NCBI GenBank assembly: GCA_965279515.1
Contig: CBDIID010000003.1
Location: 800,001 to 864,000 of the forward strand
DNA from: Turneriella sp.
GTDB taxonomy: Bacteria > Spirochaetota > Leptospiria > Turneriellales > Turneriellaceae
Reading direction: 5' to 3'
Length of the DNA: 64,000 nt
A program made the translations under genes and the position numbers. Below, piece by piece: positions 18,310 through 27,738 of this stretch. The stretch's first letter is position 1. The number at the start of each line of letters is the position of its first letter. The notes under the pieces were generated by a model, which was given only the letters and a program-made list of their open reading frames with translations, had not been told where the DNA came from and made no database searches.

Positions 18310-20481
18310 ATGCAAGGAATATGGAAACGTAATATACCGGCGGGTACCGTCGTGTTTTTTGTGGCCCTGCCACTGTGCCTCGGCATCGCTCTCGCCCAGG
18401 GCGCGCCACTGTTATCGGGATTAATTTCAGGAATCATCGGCGGCATCATTGTCGGCATTTTGGGTGCCTCACACGTGAGTGTCTCAGGCCCGGCCGCGGG
18501 CTTAACCGTCGTCGTCATCGGCGCCATCTCACAGTTAGGGGGATTTGCCGCTTTTACGCTCGCGGTCTTTCTCTCGGGTGTTTTTCAGATCGCCTTTGCG
18601 CTCATGCGTATGGGCATGGTGAGTAAGTTTATTCCGGGGTCGGTCATCCGCGGCATGCTGGCCGCAATCGGCATCATAATCATACTGAAACAGGTGCCGC
18701 ACCTTTTAGGTTATGACGCCGACTATGTCGGCGACCTGGGATTCTCACAGCGCGACGGCCACAACACATTTTCAGAACTGTGGCTGACATTTTCAAACCT
18801 GAATAAGACGGCAATACTCATCTCCATGGTCTCGCTGGTTCTGATTCTCTCGTGGGACAAGTACATCGCCCCGCGTGTAAAATATCTCGCAAGCATCCCG
18901 GGATCAGTACTCGCCGTACTCGCCGGTGTCGGCCTCAACCTTGTCGCGGCAAAGGTCGAGTGGCTGAAAGACCTCGGCGCCAACCACCTGGTGCAGCTGC
19001 CGACGAGCCTTGGCCTCAAGGATTTCACCAGCCACTTTGCCGCGCTCGATTTTTCATTGCTCATGAACAAGCAGGTCATCATGATTGCCCTCACGATCGC
19101 CATCATCGGCAGTGTCGAAACCCTGCTGAGCCTTGAGGCCGCCGACAAGATCGACCCGGGCCGGCGCATCGCCAATAAGAATAAAGAGCTTTGGGCGCAG
19201 GGCACAGGGAACATGCTCGCGGGCCTGCTCGGCGGCCTGCCGATCACGGCCGTTATTGTCCGCACAGTCACGAACGTGAACTCGGGTGCGACGCACCGGC
19301 TCTCTGCGATCTGGCATGGTGTGCTGCTCGTGATCGCGGTGTTTCTGATACCGCAGGTGCTGAATTTTATTCCACTCGCGGCGCTGGCGATGATTCTCGC
19401 GCTCGTCGGTTATAAACTTTCCAGTTACCGCATTTTTATGACCGAATGGCATGCGGGCAAAGAACAGTTCATCCCTTTTATTGTGACTGTCGTGGCGGTA
19501 ATCTTTACCGACATCCTTTTAGGCGTCGGCATCGGTTTCCTGGTCGCGATCGGTTTTATCATCTTCGAGAGCTACCAGAAGGGTTTTTTCACCTCGCAGA
19601 CCGATGGCAAAATGACGATCAAACTTGCCGGCGATATCAGTTTTATCCACCGCGCGAGTTTGGGTGAAGCGCTGCGGAAAATTCCGGATAATGCCCAGGT
19701 CGTTCTGCAGTCTGAGAACCCGCAGGAAATCCACCACGATATCGCCGAACTCATCAGCGAATTCAGGGAGAGCGCACCGCTGCGCGGAATTCAGGTCAGC
19801 GAAAAAGGCATGCCCTATATTGCGGACAAGAAGAATGCCCATACGAAAAAATCACCTACCTACCAGCGTTTGATCCACGGCAACCGGAACTGGGTCGCCG
19901 GCGTGCTCGAGCAGGACAGGTACTACTTCGAGAGACTGGCGCGCGGCCAGGCGCCGCAGATTTTGTGGATCGGCTGCGCTGACAGCCGTGTGCCGCCGAA
20001 TGAAATCACGGAAACCAAACCCGGGGAGATTTTCATCCACCGCAATGTCGCGAACCTGGTCGTGCATACCGATCTCAACATGCTTTCGGTCTTGCAATAC
20101 GCGGTCGAGGCCCTCAAGGTCAAACACGTCATCGTCTGCGGTCATTATGAATGCGGGGGCATCAGGGCGGCGATGGCGAACGTCGATCTCGGCCTTGCCA
20201 ATAACTGGCTGCGCAACATCAAGGAAGTCTATAATATGCGCGCGGTCGAATTGGATGAAATCGGCAGCCCCAAGGAGCGCGAGCGCATGCTCGTCGAATT
20301 CAACGTCATGGAACAGGTGCGCAATCTCGCGAAAACGTCGATTATCCAAAGGGCATGGAAAAAGCGCCAGATCGAAATCCATGGCTGGGTGGTCGATCTC
20401 GCGACAGGTTATATAAAGGAGCTACCGATCAAACTCGATGAACCGAAGGATTTGGAGCCGATTTTCAGGTATAAACTCTAA
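18310..20481 (+). CDS. SulP anion transporter fused to beta-class carbonic anhydrase
   Basis: ALPLCLGIA, VSGPAAGL, GGLPITAVIVR (SulP); IGCADSRV, HRNVAN, VCGHYECGG (beta-CA Zn ligands). Confidence 0.95.
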   Translation: MQGIWKRNIPAGTVVFFVALPLCLGIALAQGAPLLSGLISGIIGGIIVGILGASHVSVSGPAAGLTVVVIGAISQLGGFAAFTLAVFLSGVFQIAFALMRMGMVSKFIPGSVIRGMLAAIGIIIILKQVPHLLGYDADYVGDLGFSQRDGHNTFSELWLTFSNLNKTAILISMVSLVLILSWDKYIAPRVKYLASIPGSVLAVLAGVGLNLVAAKVEWLKDLGANHLVQLPTSLGLKDFTSHFAALDFSLLMNKQVIMIALTIAIIGSVETLLSLEAADKIDPGRRIANKNKELWAQGTGNMLAGLLGGLPITAVIVRTVTNVNSGATHRLSAIWHGVLLVIAVFLIPQVLNFIPLAALAMILALVGYKLSSYRIFMTEWHAGKEQFIPFIVTVVAVIFTDILLGVGIGFLVAIGFIIFESYQKGFFTSQTDGKMTIKLAGDISFIHRASLGEALRKIPDNAQVVLQSENPQEIHHDIAELISEFRESAPLRGIQVSEKGMPYIADKKNAHTKKSPTYQRLIHGNRNWVAGVLEQDRYYFERLARGQAPQILWIGCADSRVPPNEITETKPGEIFIHRNVANLVVHTDLNMLSVLQYAVEALKVKHVIVCGHYECGGIRAAMANVDLGLANNWLRNIKEVYNMRAVELDEIGSPKERERMLVEFNVMEQVRNLAKTSIIQRAWKKRQIEIHGWVVDLATGYIKELPIKLDEPKDLEPIFRYKL

Positions 20482-20504
20482 ATCTTCGGGTTGCTCAGCA
20501 GGCC

Positions 20505-20602
20505 GCAAAATGTAAAATCACAAGAAAAGTTGCGCGATTTTGTATCCAAAATCGCTCCATAAACGGGCTATCGCCCGCTTTTCTTGGATTTTAGCATTTT
20601 GC
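20505..20602. repeat. long multi-branched inverted-repeat element
   Basis: Arms GCAAAATGTAAAATCACAAGAAAAG / CTTTTCTTGGATTTTAGCATTTTGC enclose two hairpins, both with TATC loops. Confidence 0.7.
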
Positions 20603-20693
20603 TCATCTTAACAGATTAGATTCTCAGCGCCCTGCTGCGCCCCCCACTGGCTTTCGCTCGCCGCATTATGTCACATTGTGTGACTGACGCGCC

Positions 20694-22748
20694 GTGGCGT
20701 ATCCCCTCAACGCACTCCAGGAAACATGCGTCCGCCACGGTGAGGGGCCCCTGCTCGTGCTCGCAGGCGCGGGCTCGGGCAAGACCGGCGTCATCGTCAA
20801 TAGGATTACCCAGCTCTTAAAACGCGGTATCAAACCCTCCGCCATCTGCGCCGTGACGTTCACCAACAAGGCGGCGCGCGAGATGCGCGAGCGCGTCCGG
20901 GGCCTGACCGGCAAAAATGCCAAGGGCGCGGGCGGCCTCAGTATTAAAGGCATCTTCATCGGCACCTTTCACAGCCTCGGCCTCATGATTCTGCGCGAGA
21001 ATACCGACGAAGCCGGCATCCAGAAAAACTTTATCATCATGGGGCAAGACGACCAGCTCACCCATGCGCGCGAAATTCTTGTACAGAGTGGCGTCGACAT
21101 CGAAACCTTCAACGAGAAACATTTTATCAAAGCGGTTTCCGACTGGAAAAACTCGGGTGAGGCCCGGGCGGATTTCTTCGGCGACGACATCTGGAAGCTC
21201 AAGGTGCCGCCACGACCGATTGCGGAAATTGTCGGCGAATACGTCGAGCGGCTCGCGAACATGAACGCGCTCGATTTTGACGATTTGATTCTGATTCCCG
21301 AGCGCCTTCTGAGAAACAACGACGAGATTCGCAATAAATACCGCGAGCGCTTCGAATATTTTCTTGCCGACGAGTTCCAGGACACGAACCCCCTGCAGTT
21401 CCGCTTTCTGACCCAACTCATGCGGCCGCCGATGAATCTCTGCGCCGTCGGCGACGACGACCAGTCGATCTATTCATGGCGCGGCGCCGATACGCGCATC
21501 ATGCTCGAGTTCAAAGAGAGGTTTCCCGAAGCGGAGATGATTGCTCTCGAGCAGAACTACCGCTCCGAGCAATACATCCTCGATATCGCCAACCACCTGA
21601 TCGCGCATAACACCGCGCGCCACGCGAAGAATCTTTTCAGCGAGAATAAAACAAACAACCATGCCGTGATCTTTGAAGCCGAAGACGGCACGCTCGAGGC
21701 CGAGTACGTGGCTGACACGATCGTCGCACTGAAAATGCGCCACCAGCTCGACTACTCATCGTTCGCTGTACTTTACCGTACCAACTTCCAGAGCCGTTCG
21801 TTTGAGGAGATTTTACGCCAGCGCAATATCCCCTACCACGTCAGCGGCAGTTACCAGTTCTATGACCGCAGCGAGATCAAGGATCTGCTCGCCTACATGC
21901 GGTTCTTTGCCAACCATGCCGACGACCGCTCGCTGATGCGCATTCTGACAATGCCGAAGCGCGGCATATCAGAAGCTTCGATACAGCGGCTTTCACAGTT
22001 TGCCCAGCTCAACAAAAAACATCTCTGGGATATAATCTCAGAAATTGAGATGTGCGAAATCGACATCAGCGCCGCCGCGCTTTCGGGAATTCTCGAGTTT
22101 AAGGATTTTATCGCCGAACACGTCGAGGGCATGCGAAAACCCGGGCAACTCTCGAAGGCCGCGCAGAAGCTCATCGATGCGCTGCAGCTCGAGCGCGAAT
22201 ATGTGCGCCAGGGCCTCGATGCCCAGAAGATTACGAACAAGATTCTGAACGTGCGCGAACTCACGCGTTCGATCGAAGATTTTGAAGCGGGCGACCGGCA
22301 GATACCGGGCCTCGGCGAGGGCGCCGAACGCAGCATCTATACCTACCTGCAATTCGTGGCCATGCTGACCGCGGATGATAAAGAAAGCGAGAGCGATCTG
22401 CCGCGCGTGCAACTGATGACCATCCACCAGGCGAAGGGGCTCGAGTTCAACAGCGTGTTCGTCACGGGTCTTGAAGACGGCATTTTACCCCACCAGCGCA
22501 GTATCGACGGCGAGAACGAGGCGCATGCGATTGAAGAAGAGCGTCGCCTGATGTATGTGGCGCTGACGCGCGCCAAGGCGCGGCTTTATCTCACCCTGTC
22601 GCGCACACGCAAGAACCGTGGGCTCGTCACCGAATGCACGCCGTCGCGGTTTCTCGATGAGTTGCCGAAAGATTTACTCGATTGGGAAAACACCCTGCCT
22701 GCGGTGGCTGACCTCGCCGAGCTCGAAAATATGCTCGCGGGGATTTAA
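20694..22748 (+). CDS. ATP-dependent DNA helicase, UvrD/Rep/PcrA family
   Basis: AGAGSGKT, TFTNKAA, DEFQDTN, VGDDDQSIYSWRGA, TIHQAKGLEF, EERRLMYVALTRA. Confidence 0.96.
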   Translation: MAYPLNALQETCVRHGEGPLLVLAGAGSGKTGVIVNRITQLLKRGIKPSAICAVTFTNKAAREMRERVRGLTGKNAKGAGGLSIKGIFIGTFHSLGLMILRENTDEAGIQKNFIIMGQDDQLTHAREILVQSGVDIETFNEKHFIKAVSDWKNSGEARADFFGDDIWKLKVPPRPIAEIVGEYVERLANMNALDFDDLILIPERLLRNNDEIRNKYRERFEYFLADEFQDTNPLQFRFLTQLMRPPMNLCAVGDDDQSIYSWRGADTRIMLEFKERFPEAEMIALEQNYRSEQYILDIANHLIAHNTARHAKNLFSENKTNNHAVIFEAEDGTLEAEYVADTIVALKMRHQLDYSSFAVLYRTNFQSRSFEEILRQRNIPYHVSGSYQFYDRSEIKDLLAYMRFFANHADDRSLMRILTMPKRGISEASIQRLSQFAQLNKKHLWDIISEIEMCEIDISAAALSGILEFKDFIAEHVEGMRKPGQLSKAAQKLIDALQLEREYVRQGLDAQKITNKILNVRELTRSIEDFEAGDRQIPGLGEGAERSIYTYLQFVAMLTADDKESESDLPRVQLMTIHQAKGLEFNSVFVTGLEDGILPHQRSIDGENEAHAIEEERRLMYVALTRAKARLYLTLSRTRKNRGLVTECTPSRFLDELPKDLLDWENTLPAVADLAELENMLAGI

Positions 22749-22775
22749 GCGGAATACCGCGATCTCTGGCCGATT

Positions 22776-23555
22776 TTATCTGCGTCCCCATATTTCGATA
22801 TGAGAACCTGCGCCCATACTATTTGTGGAAGCGAACACAGTTAACGATGTTATGTTTGAGCCCGTATTACTCCACGATGTCGCAACATTCTGAAACCCAC
22901 CGACATTTCCAGGCGTCACAGAATAAATCTGCTGGGCGATGAAAACGCGTGCGGCCCCTGTCTGAGCGTAAACCGTGCCCGTTATTTCACAACTGGTCGA
23001 CGCAAGCGCGCTGCAAATATAAAAACCGGGAGAGGTTGCGTTTCCAGAACCAGGTGGACCTCCACTGCCTCCAACAAATAGGTAACCGAAGGTGGCGTCT
23101 TCTCCATTGGGTTGTAAATAGTAACTCGCACCGGCTCCTGTGGTGTTTACGAATCGAGCAAGTACCATATATACCTTATCTGCATTGCCATTGAGACCAG
23201 TTACGTTAATATTGGTCGTGGCCGAGACGAGATCTGTTTCGTAAATAAGGCGCCAGCTTTTACCTTCCATGGCGGTCAAAGAATTTGCGATAGCGTCAAA
23301 ATTGGCATTCACATCCGCTGCAACGGTCGGAGTCCCTGCAACAAAAATATTAGGAACCGTAAAGGCGTATACAGCCATCGGTAGCAAAATTAAGCCAAAC
23401 AGAACCAACAAAACTATTCGTTTGTTCGCCTTAAGCTTGCGGATGGTCTTTTGCAGCCTCGACAACTTAAGTTCGGTAAATTCTCCCTTAAGCTGTTCAT
23501 AGTCGGCCTTAAGCGATTCGAATTCATCCCGGCTAACTTGAGATCTACCGTCCAT
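22776..23555 (-). CDS. hypothetical membrane-anchored protein with a Ser/Thr/Gly-rich beta C-terminal domain
   Basis: Coiled coil, TM helix, FTVPNIFVAGTPTVAADVNANF, then a beta-rich domain; visibly more AT-rich than its neighbours. Confidence 0.75.
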   Translation of the reverse strand: MDGRSQVSRDEFESLKADYEQLKGEFTELKLSRLQKTIRKLKANKRIVLLVLFGLILLPMAVYAFTVPNIFVAGTPTVAADVNANFDAIANSLTAMEGKSWRLIYETDLVSATTNINVTGLNGNADKVYMVLARFVNTTGAGASYYLQPNGEDATFGYLFVGGSGGPPGSGNATSPGFYICSALASTSCEITGTVYAQTGAARVFIAQQIYSVTPGNVGGFQNVATSWSNTGSNITSLTVFASTNSMGAGSHIEIWGRR

Positions 23556-23669
23556 TTACACTTGTAAAAAACTCCTCAGGCACAACGTCAATCCAAACAT
23601 GGTTTTGAACTTCCGCCTTTTGAAGGGGGATTCACCTTTGTGCCTGCACGATAGTCGGAGCTTTCGCGC

Positions 23670-24146
23670 TTATGGCACCAGCGTTTTCGCGTTTTTTTTA
23701 AGCAGAGCGAATTCCTGGCCTTTTTCCCCGGGAATATGGCAGGTTGTGCAAGTCAGCGCCTTTTTATTCTCTTTCTTGTAACGGCTCATGAACTTCATAT
23801 CTTTATGGGCCCGGTCTCCCGCCTTCGTCATATCAGAACCGCCGAGGTGGCAGTGCGAGCATTCAACCTTAAACTTTTCGCTGATCGGGAACATGTCTTC
23901 GTGGGCGAATTCGCCCTCTTTTGTTAAGAGAGTATAGTCGCCCTCTTTCAGGCCGCGCTCGGCATCAGTGTGGCAGTACTCGCATTTGACATCGAGTTGT
24001 TTGGAGATTTTCTTCATCTCGACGGCGATCTTTTCTTTTTCAGCAAATGATTTAGGCTCAGAGCCTGAGGTTTTCTTTTTGGTATCGGCTGCCGCAAGCG
24101 CCAGCGCAACTATGAGCGCGGCCAGTGGTATAGAAAGATTTTTCAT
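23670..24146 (-). CDS. periplasmic triheme c-type cytochrome
   Basis: Signal peptide and three CXXCH motifs (CEYCH, CSHCH, CTTCH). Confidence 0.85.
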   Translation of the reverse strand: MKNLSIPLAALIVALALAAADTKKKTSGSEPKSFAEKEKIAVEMKKISKQLDVKCEYCHTDAERGLKEGDYTLLTKEGEFAHEDMFPISEKFKVECSHCHLGGSDMTKAGDRAHKDMKFMSRYKKENKKALTCTTCHIPGEKGQEFALLKKNAKTLVP

Positions 24147-24147
24147 A

Positions 24148-24420
24148 TCAGGTGTTTGGTTTGATGCCCTCTAAAAGATCTTCGAGCCGTGTCAGGTGAT
24201 CCTGGTTACGCGCCTGAATTTTTGCAATTTCGGTAGAAATCATCGCATATTCCTCAGGATTCAGCTTTTCCCCGGAGCTCAGGCGGTCCATCAGGCGTTC
24301 GATCGGCAGGGCATGCTCGGCGCCATTCGAACGCCTCAGCTGCTCTTCGAGCGCGCGGCGCAACATCTCTTCGCGCTCCTTGTCGTTACCGCCGCCTTCT
24401 TCGGACACAACCTTGCGCAA
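24148..24420 (-). CDS. hypothetical protein
   Basis: Charged helical ORF ending 1 nt before the cytochrome start. Confidence 0.55.
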   Translation of the reverse strand: MRKVVSEEGGGNDKEREEMLRRALEEQLRRSNGAEHALPIERLMDRLSSGEKLNPEEYAMISTEIAKIQARNQDHLTRLEDLLEGIKPNT

Positions 24421-24493
24421 GTTTTTGCGGCCCGCTTGTCAATCCAAAAGTGCTTGTCCGCTTGTGAGGCGAAAAGGATTTTCTGATTACTCC

Positions 24494-25711
24494 ATGGAAA
24501 AACGCGGTTTACTCATCCCCTACGTGCTTGTATTCGCCGGTGCACTTTTGGGTCTCGTCTTTTCGGCGGTACTGATCTACGAGCATAACGGCTCAAAAAC
24601 CAGCCTCGGTTCGGCGGTCTGCGACGTGAACGACACAAGCTCCTGCGAAAAAGCCAAAGAATCCAGCTTCGGTAAAATTTTCGGCCTGCCGCTCGCGCTC
24701 TACGGGTTTATTTTTTACGGCGGCATTCTGGCGCTCGGTGTTTTTCTGCTACTCGCCCTGAACGATACGGCGATACGGCTATTATTCTGGGGGGGCGTCA
24801 CCGCCTTCGCCTTCGATATATTCTTACTTCTTTATTCTGTAACCGTGTTAGGCGGCATCTGCCGGCTCTGCGCGATTACCTATGTGGGTGGCGCCCTGAT
24901 CGCCGCTGGCGCGGCAATGATCAGCCGCCGGGGAGCAAGTATGATTAAAGCAGAAGCGGTGCCTGTGACGGCAAAAGCCGGATTTTCCCTGATACTGGCG
25001 GCGACAGTCGCCCTGGGCCTGTTTTTCCATAACAATGCATTGTCCTCGGCTACACCGGTTGCCGCCGGCGCAACAGAAGAAGAAAAGAGGCTGCGCGAAC
25101 AGCTCAACAATGAATTTTATAAACAATGGAAAGCGGCGCCGAAAGAAGCCCTCGATACGCCCAAGAGCGGCGCCAAAGGCGGAGCAAACCCTGTCCTCAC
25201 GATTGTCGAATTTGCAGATCCCCTCTGCCCGCATTGCAGAGATATGGGGCATGTGCTCGGCGAATTTGTGAAAAAGAATTCTGATAAAGTACGTGTGGTA
25301 TTCCGCCACTACCCTCTCGACATCCAGTGCAACGATGCCATGAAACGGCCCTTCCATGTCGGCGCCTGCGATCTCGCGCGCGCCATTGAATGCGGCGAAG
25401 CACAGGGCAAATTCTGGCAAATGCATGACGCAGTCTTTGCCCAGCAAGAAAGTTTCATGCGTAACCCTGTGACAGACAAGGGCATTGAATCTCTCGCACA
25501 GAGCGGTGGCCTCAACCCCGCCGGGGTCTTGCAGTGCTTCAAGAACCAATCGACGATGGCGAAGGTGAAATCCGATGTCGCGGCAGGTAACCGTATTAAG
25601 ATCACCGGAACTCCTACAGTGCTGGTAAACGATCGCCGCCTGCCGGGCATACCGCTCGAATACATCGGCGGAATTCTGGAAAAAATCCTGAGCGAAGAAT
25701 CGAAGCGCTGA
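24494..25711 (+). CDS. VKOR-DsbA (thioredoxin) fusion protein
   Basis: VKOR loop cysteines (VCDVNDTSSC), CRLC in TM; DsbA domain with CPHC, FRHYPL and GTPT. Confidence 0.9.
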   Translation: MEKRGLLIPYVLVFAGALLGLVFSAVLIYEHNGSKTSLGSAVCDVNDTSSCEKAKESSFGKIFGLPLALYGFIFYGGILALGVFLLLALNDTAIRLLFWGGVTAFAFDIFLLLYSVTVLGGICRLCAITYVGGALIAAGAAMISRRGASMIKAEAVPVTAKAGFSLILAATVALGLFFHNNALSSATPVAAGATEEEKRLREQLNNEFYKQWKAAPKEALDTPKSGAKGGANPVLTIVEFADPLCPHCRDMGHVLGEFVKKNSDKVRVVFRHYPLDIQCNDAMKRPFHVGACDLARAIECGEAQGKFWQMHDAVFAQQESFMRNPVTDKGIESLAQSGGLNPAGVLQCFKNQSTMAKVKSDVAAGNRIKITGTPTVLVNDRRLPGIPLEYIGGILEKILSEESKR

Positions 25712-25717
25712 GCTGTC

Positions 25718-26110
25718 ATGCTTGTCGAGGTGAAACGCGAACTCGTCAAGCAGGACCACCGCTTTCTGCAGAAACGTTTTTTACAAGACGCGCATAACCG
25801 GCTGACGGTCTATATCTGGCAGTTACCCGACGACGATGAAGGCGAAATGCTGCGCTTCCAGGTTTCGTACAAAGAGATCGCCCTCGACTGGGCGGCAGAA
25901 CGCGGTATCCGGTTTGCCAGTGTCGACGACGGGGAAAATCCCATGGGCATGAAACGCTCGCCCATTCTGACCCAGGAACGATCCCTGAAGCACTCGCTTA
26001 TTGAAAAGCTCGTGATACTCCTGGATAATTATGCAGAAAAAAAATCACTGCAGTTTGTCCGCGACACCATCGTGCGCGACGCGCTGAGCGCCGGAACAAA
26101 CCAGCCATGA
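25718..26110 (+). CDS. hypothetical protein
   Basis: Operonic ORF overlapping the aroE start. Confidence 0.7.
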   Translation: MLVEVKRELVKQDHRFLQKRFLQDAHNRLTVYIWQLPDDDEGEMLRFQVSYKEIALDWAAERGIRFASVDDGENPMGMKRSPILTQERSLKHSLIEKLVILLDNYAEKKSLQFVRDTIVRDALSAGTNQP

Positions 26111-27045
26111 AGATCGATGCACAGACACAGGTGTTTGGCATCATTGGCAATCCCCTGAGCCATACTTTTTCGCCCGCAATGCACAATGCGGGTTTTGCCG
26201 CGCGAAAGACCAATGCCGTTTACCTCGCCTTTCCGATCAAAAACCTGATACAGCTGAAATATTCCATGAAGCAGTGGAATATACGCGGCCTCTCGGTTAC
26301 CATACCGTACAAGATAGCGATCCGCCGCCTGCTCGACCGCATTGACCCGCTGGCGCTGCAGATCGGTTCAGTGAATACCATTCTGTGGGGTAAAACCGGG
26401 CTGCTCGAGGGTTATAATACCGACGGCCCCGGCGCGATCATGGCACTCACCAAATCGAAAGTGACGCTTGCCGGCAAAAAAATTCTCGTCATCGGTTCGG
26501 GGGGCTCCGCGCGCAGCATTGCCTTTGCCCTCGCACGGGAAAAACCCTCTGAAATCGGCATTTTGGCCCGTAATCCGATGATGGCGATGCAACTCGCACG
26601 TAATCTGACGCTGAACAAAGATAACCCCAAAGTGACGCTTTACCTGACGGGCGTGCGGCAGACACTGCAGAATTCACTGGTGGAATTTATGCCGCAGAGC
26701 GGCCGCAAATGGACGAGTTTACGCTATAACGACCCCGATATGATCGCCGATTTTGACCTCATTATCAACACCACACCCATGGGAATGAAGGGTTCGCCCT
26801 CGGCGGCCCAAAGCCCTTTAAAAGCTGCCGAAATCAAAAAGCACCAGACGGTCTTTGACATAGTCTATAACCCGGCGCATACTCCTCTGCTTAAGATAGC
26901 AAAACAAAAACGCTGCCCCATTGTTTTGGGGCATAAAATGCTGCTCTACCAGGGCGTGCTGCAATTTGAGCTTTTCACCGGTCGTCCCGCGCCGGTTCTT
27001 GAAATGGAGAAAGCACTGATCGCAGAGATCAAAAAGGTTTCGTAA
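26107..27045 (+). CDS. aroE: shikimate dehydrogenase
   Basis: GNPLSHTFSP.MHN, SVTIPYK, GSVNT, NTDG, GSGGSA, NTTPMGM, DIVYNP. Confidence 0.96.
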   Translation: MKIDAQTQVFGIIGNPLSHTFSPAMHNAGFAARKTNAVYLAFPIKNLIQLKYSMKQWNIRGLSVTIPYKIAIRRLLDRIDPLALQIGSVNTILWGKTGLLEGYNTDGPGAIMALTKSKVTLAGKKILVIGSGGSARSIAFALAREKPSEIGILARNPMMAMQLARNLTLNKDNPKVTLYLTGVRQTLQNSLVEFMPQSGRKWTSLRYNDPDMIADFDLIINTTPMGMKGSPSAAQSPLKAAEIKKHQTVFDIVYNPAHTPLLKIAKQKRCPIVLGHKMLLYQGVLQFELFTGRPAPVLEMEKALIAEIKKVS

Positions 27046-27659
27046 TGGCCGACCCAAGAAGATCCAGACCCCGCCGCGGGGGAGCTCCCCGGGGAGGAAG
27101 CCCCCGGGCGAAAATCCATCCGCCCAAAAAGCCGCGCATCGCGCTGATCGGTTTTCGTGGTGTGGGCAAATCGGCGATCGCGCGCCGCCTTGCCGAATAC
27201 TGGGAAATGCCGCTCCTGTCGCTCGATGAAAAAATTGAACGCGATGAAAACATGCGTATCGACGAAATCGTCAGGCAGCATGGCTGGCAGTATTTCCGCG
27301 ACCGCGAATGGTCGGCGCTCGCCGCGGCGGCAAATGCGGAACGCCTGCTGCTCGATTGCGGCGGTGGCATCGTTGAAGAAGCCGAAGGACTACGCAGCGA
27401 CCGCAAGATGCAGATACTCAAAGATAATTTTTTTTGTATCTATATCGCCATCAATGAAGATAAATTGATGCACCGGTTACAAAATCTTAACCGCAACGCT
27501 TCGCGCCCCGATCTTTCGCCCGGCGATTCACCGCAAAATCTTTTGCAGGTGTTTAAGCGCCGCGAACCGCTCTATCTTGAAATCGCGCATACTGTTGTTG
27601 ACATTTCAGACACCAATGTCAGCGAAAGTGCTTTTCGCATCACACAAATGTTTAAATGA
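27045..27659 (+). CDS. aroK: shikimate kinase
   Basis: GFRGVGKS Walker A, FRDRE, CGGGIV, RP, REPLY. Confidence 0.93.
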   Translation: MADPRRSRPRRGGAPRGGSPRAKIHPPKKPRIALIGFRGVGKSAIARRLAEYWEMPLLSLDEKIERDENMRIDEIVRQHGWQYFRDREWSALAAAANAERLLLDCGGGIVEEAEGLRSDRKMQILKDNFFCIYIAINEDKLMHRLQNLNRNASRPDLSPGDSPQNLLQVFKRREPLYLEIAHTVVDISDTNVSESAFRITQMFK

Positions 27660-27666
27660 CCGTACT

Positions 27667-27737
27667 CATGGTCGACCAAAAAGACGGCATCCCTGTCGGT
27701 GAGCGACCCTTAGCCTCCATGCTCATGGTTGACGCAC
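27667..27737 (-). repeat. degenerate copy of the 57-bp GGA-hairpin repeat
   Basis: CATGGT at 27667 and again at 27724 (57 bp apart); AGACGGCATCCCTGTCGG core. Confidence 0.65.
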
Positions 27738-27738
27738 T

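Noticed and set aside
24848..25759. 303-aa minus-strand ORF
   Set aside because: Antisense shadow of the VKOR-DsbA gene.
27045..27130. GC palindromes in the Arg/Gly/Pro-rich AroK N-terminus as an inserted repeat
   Set aside because: GGGGAGCTCCCC is palindromic, but I found no match to the repeat families; it may be an ordinary low-complexity extension.
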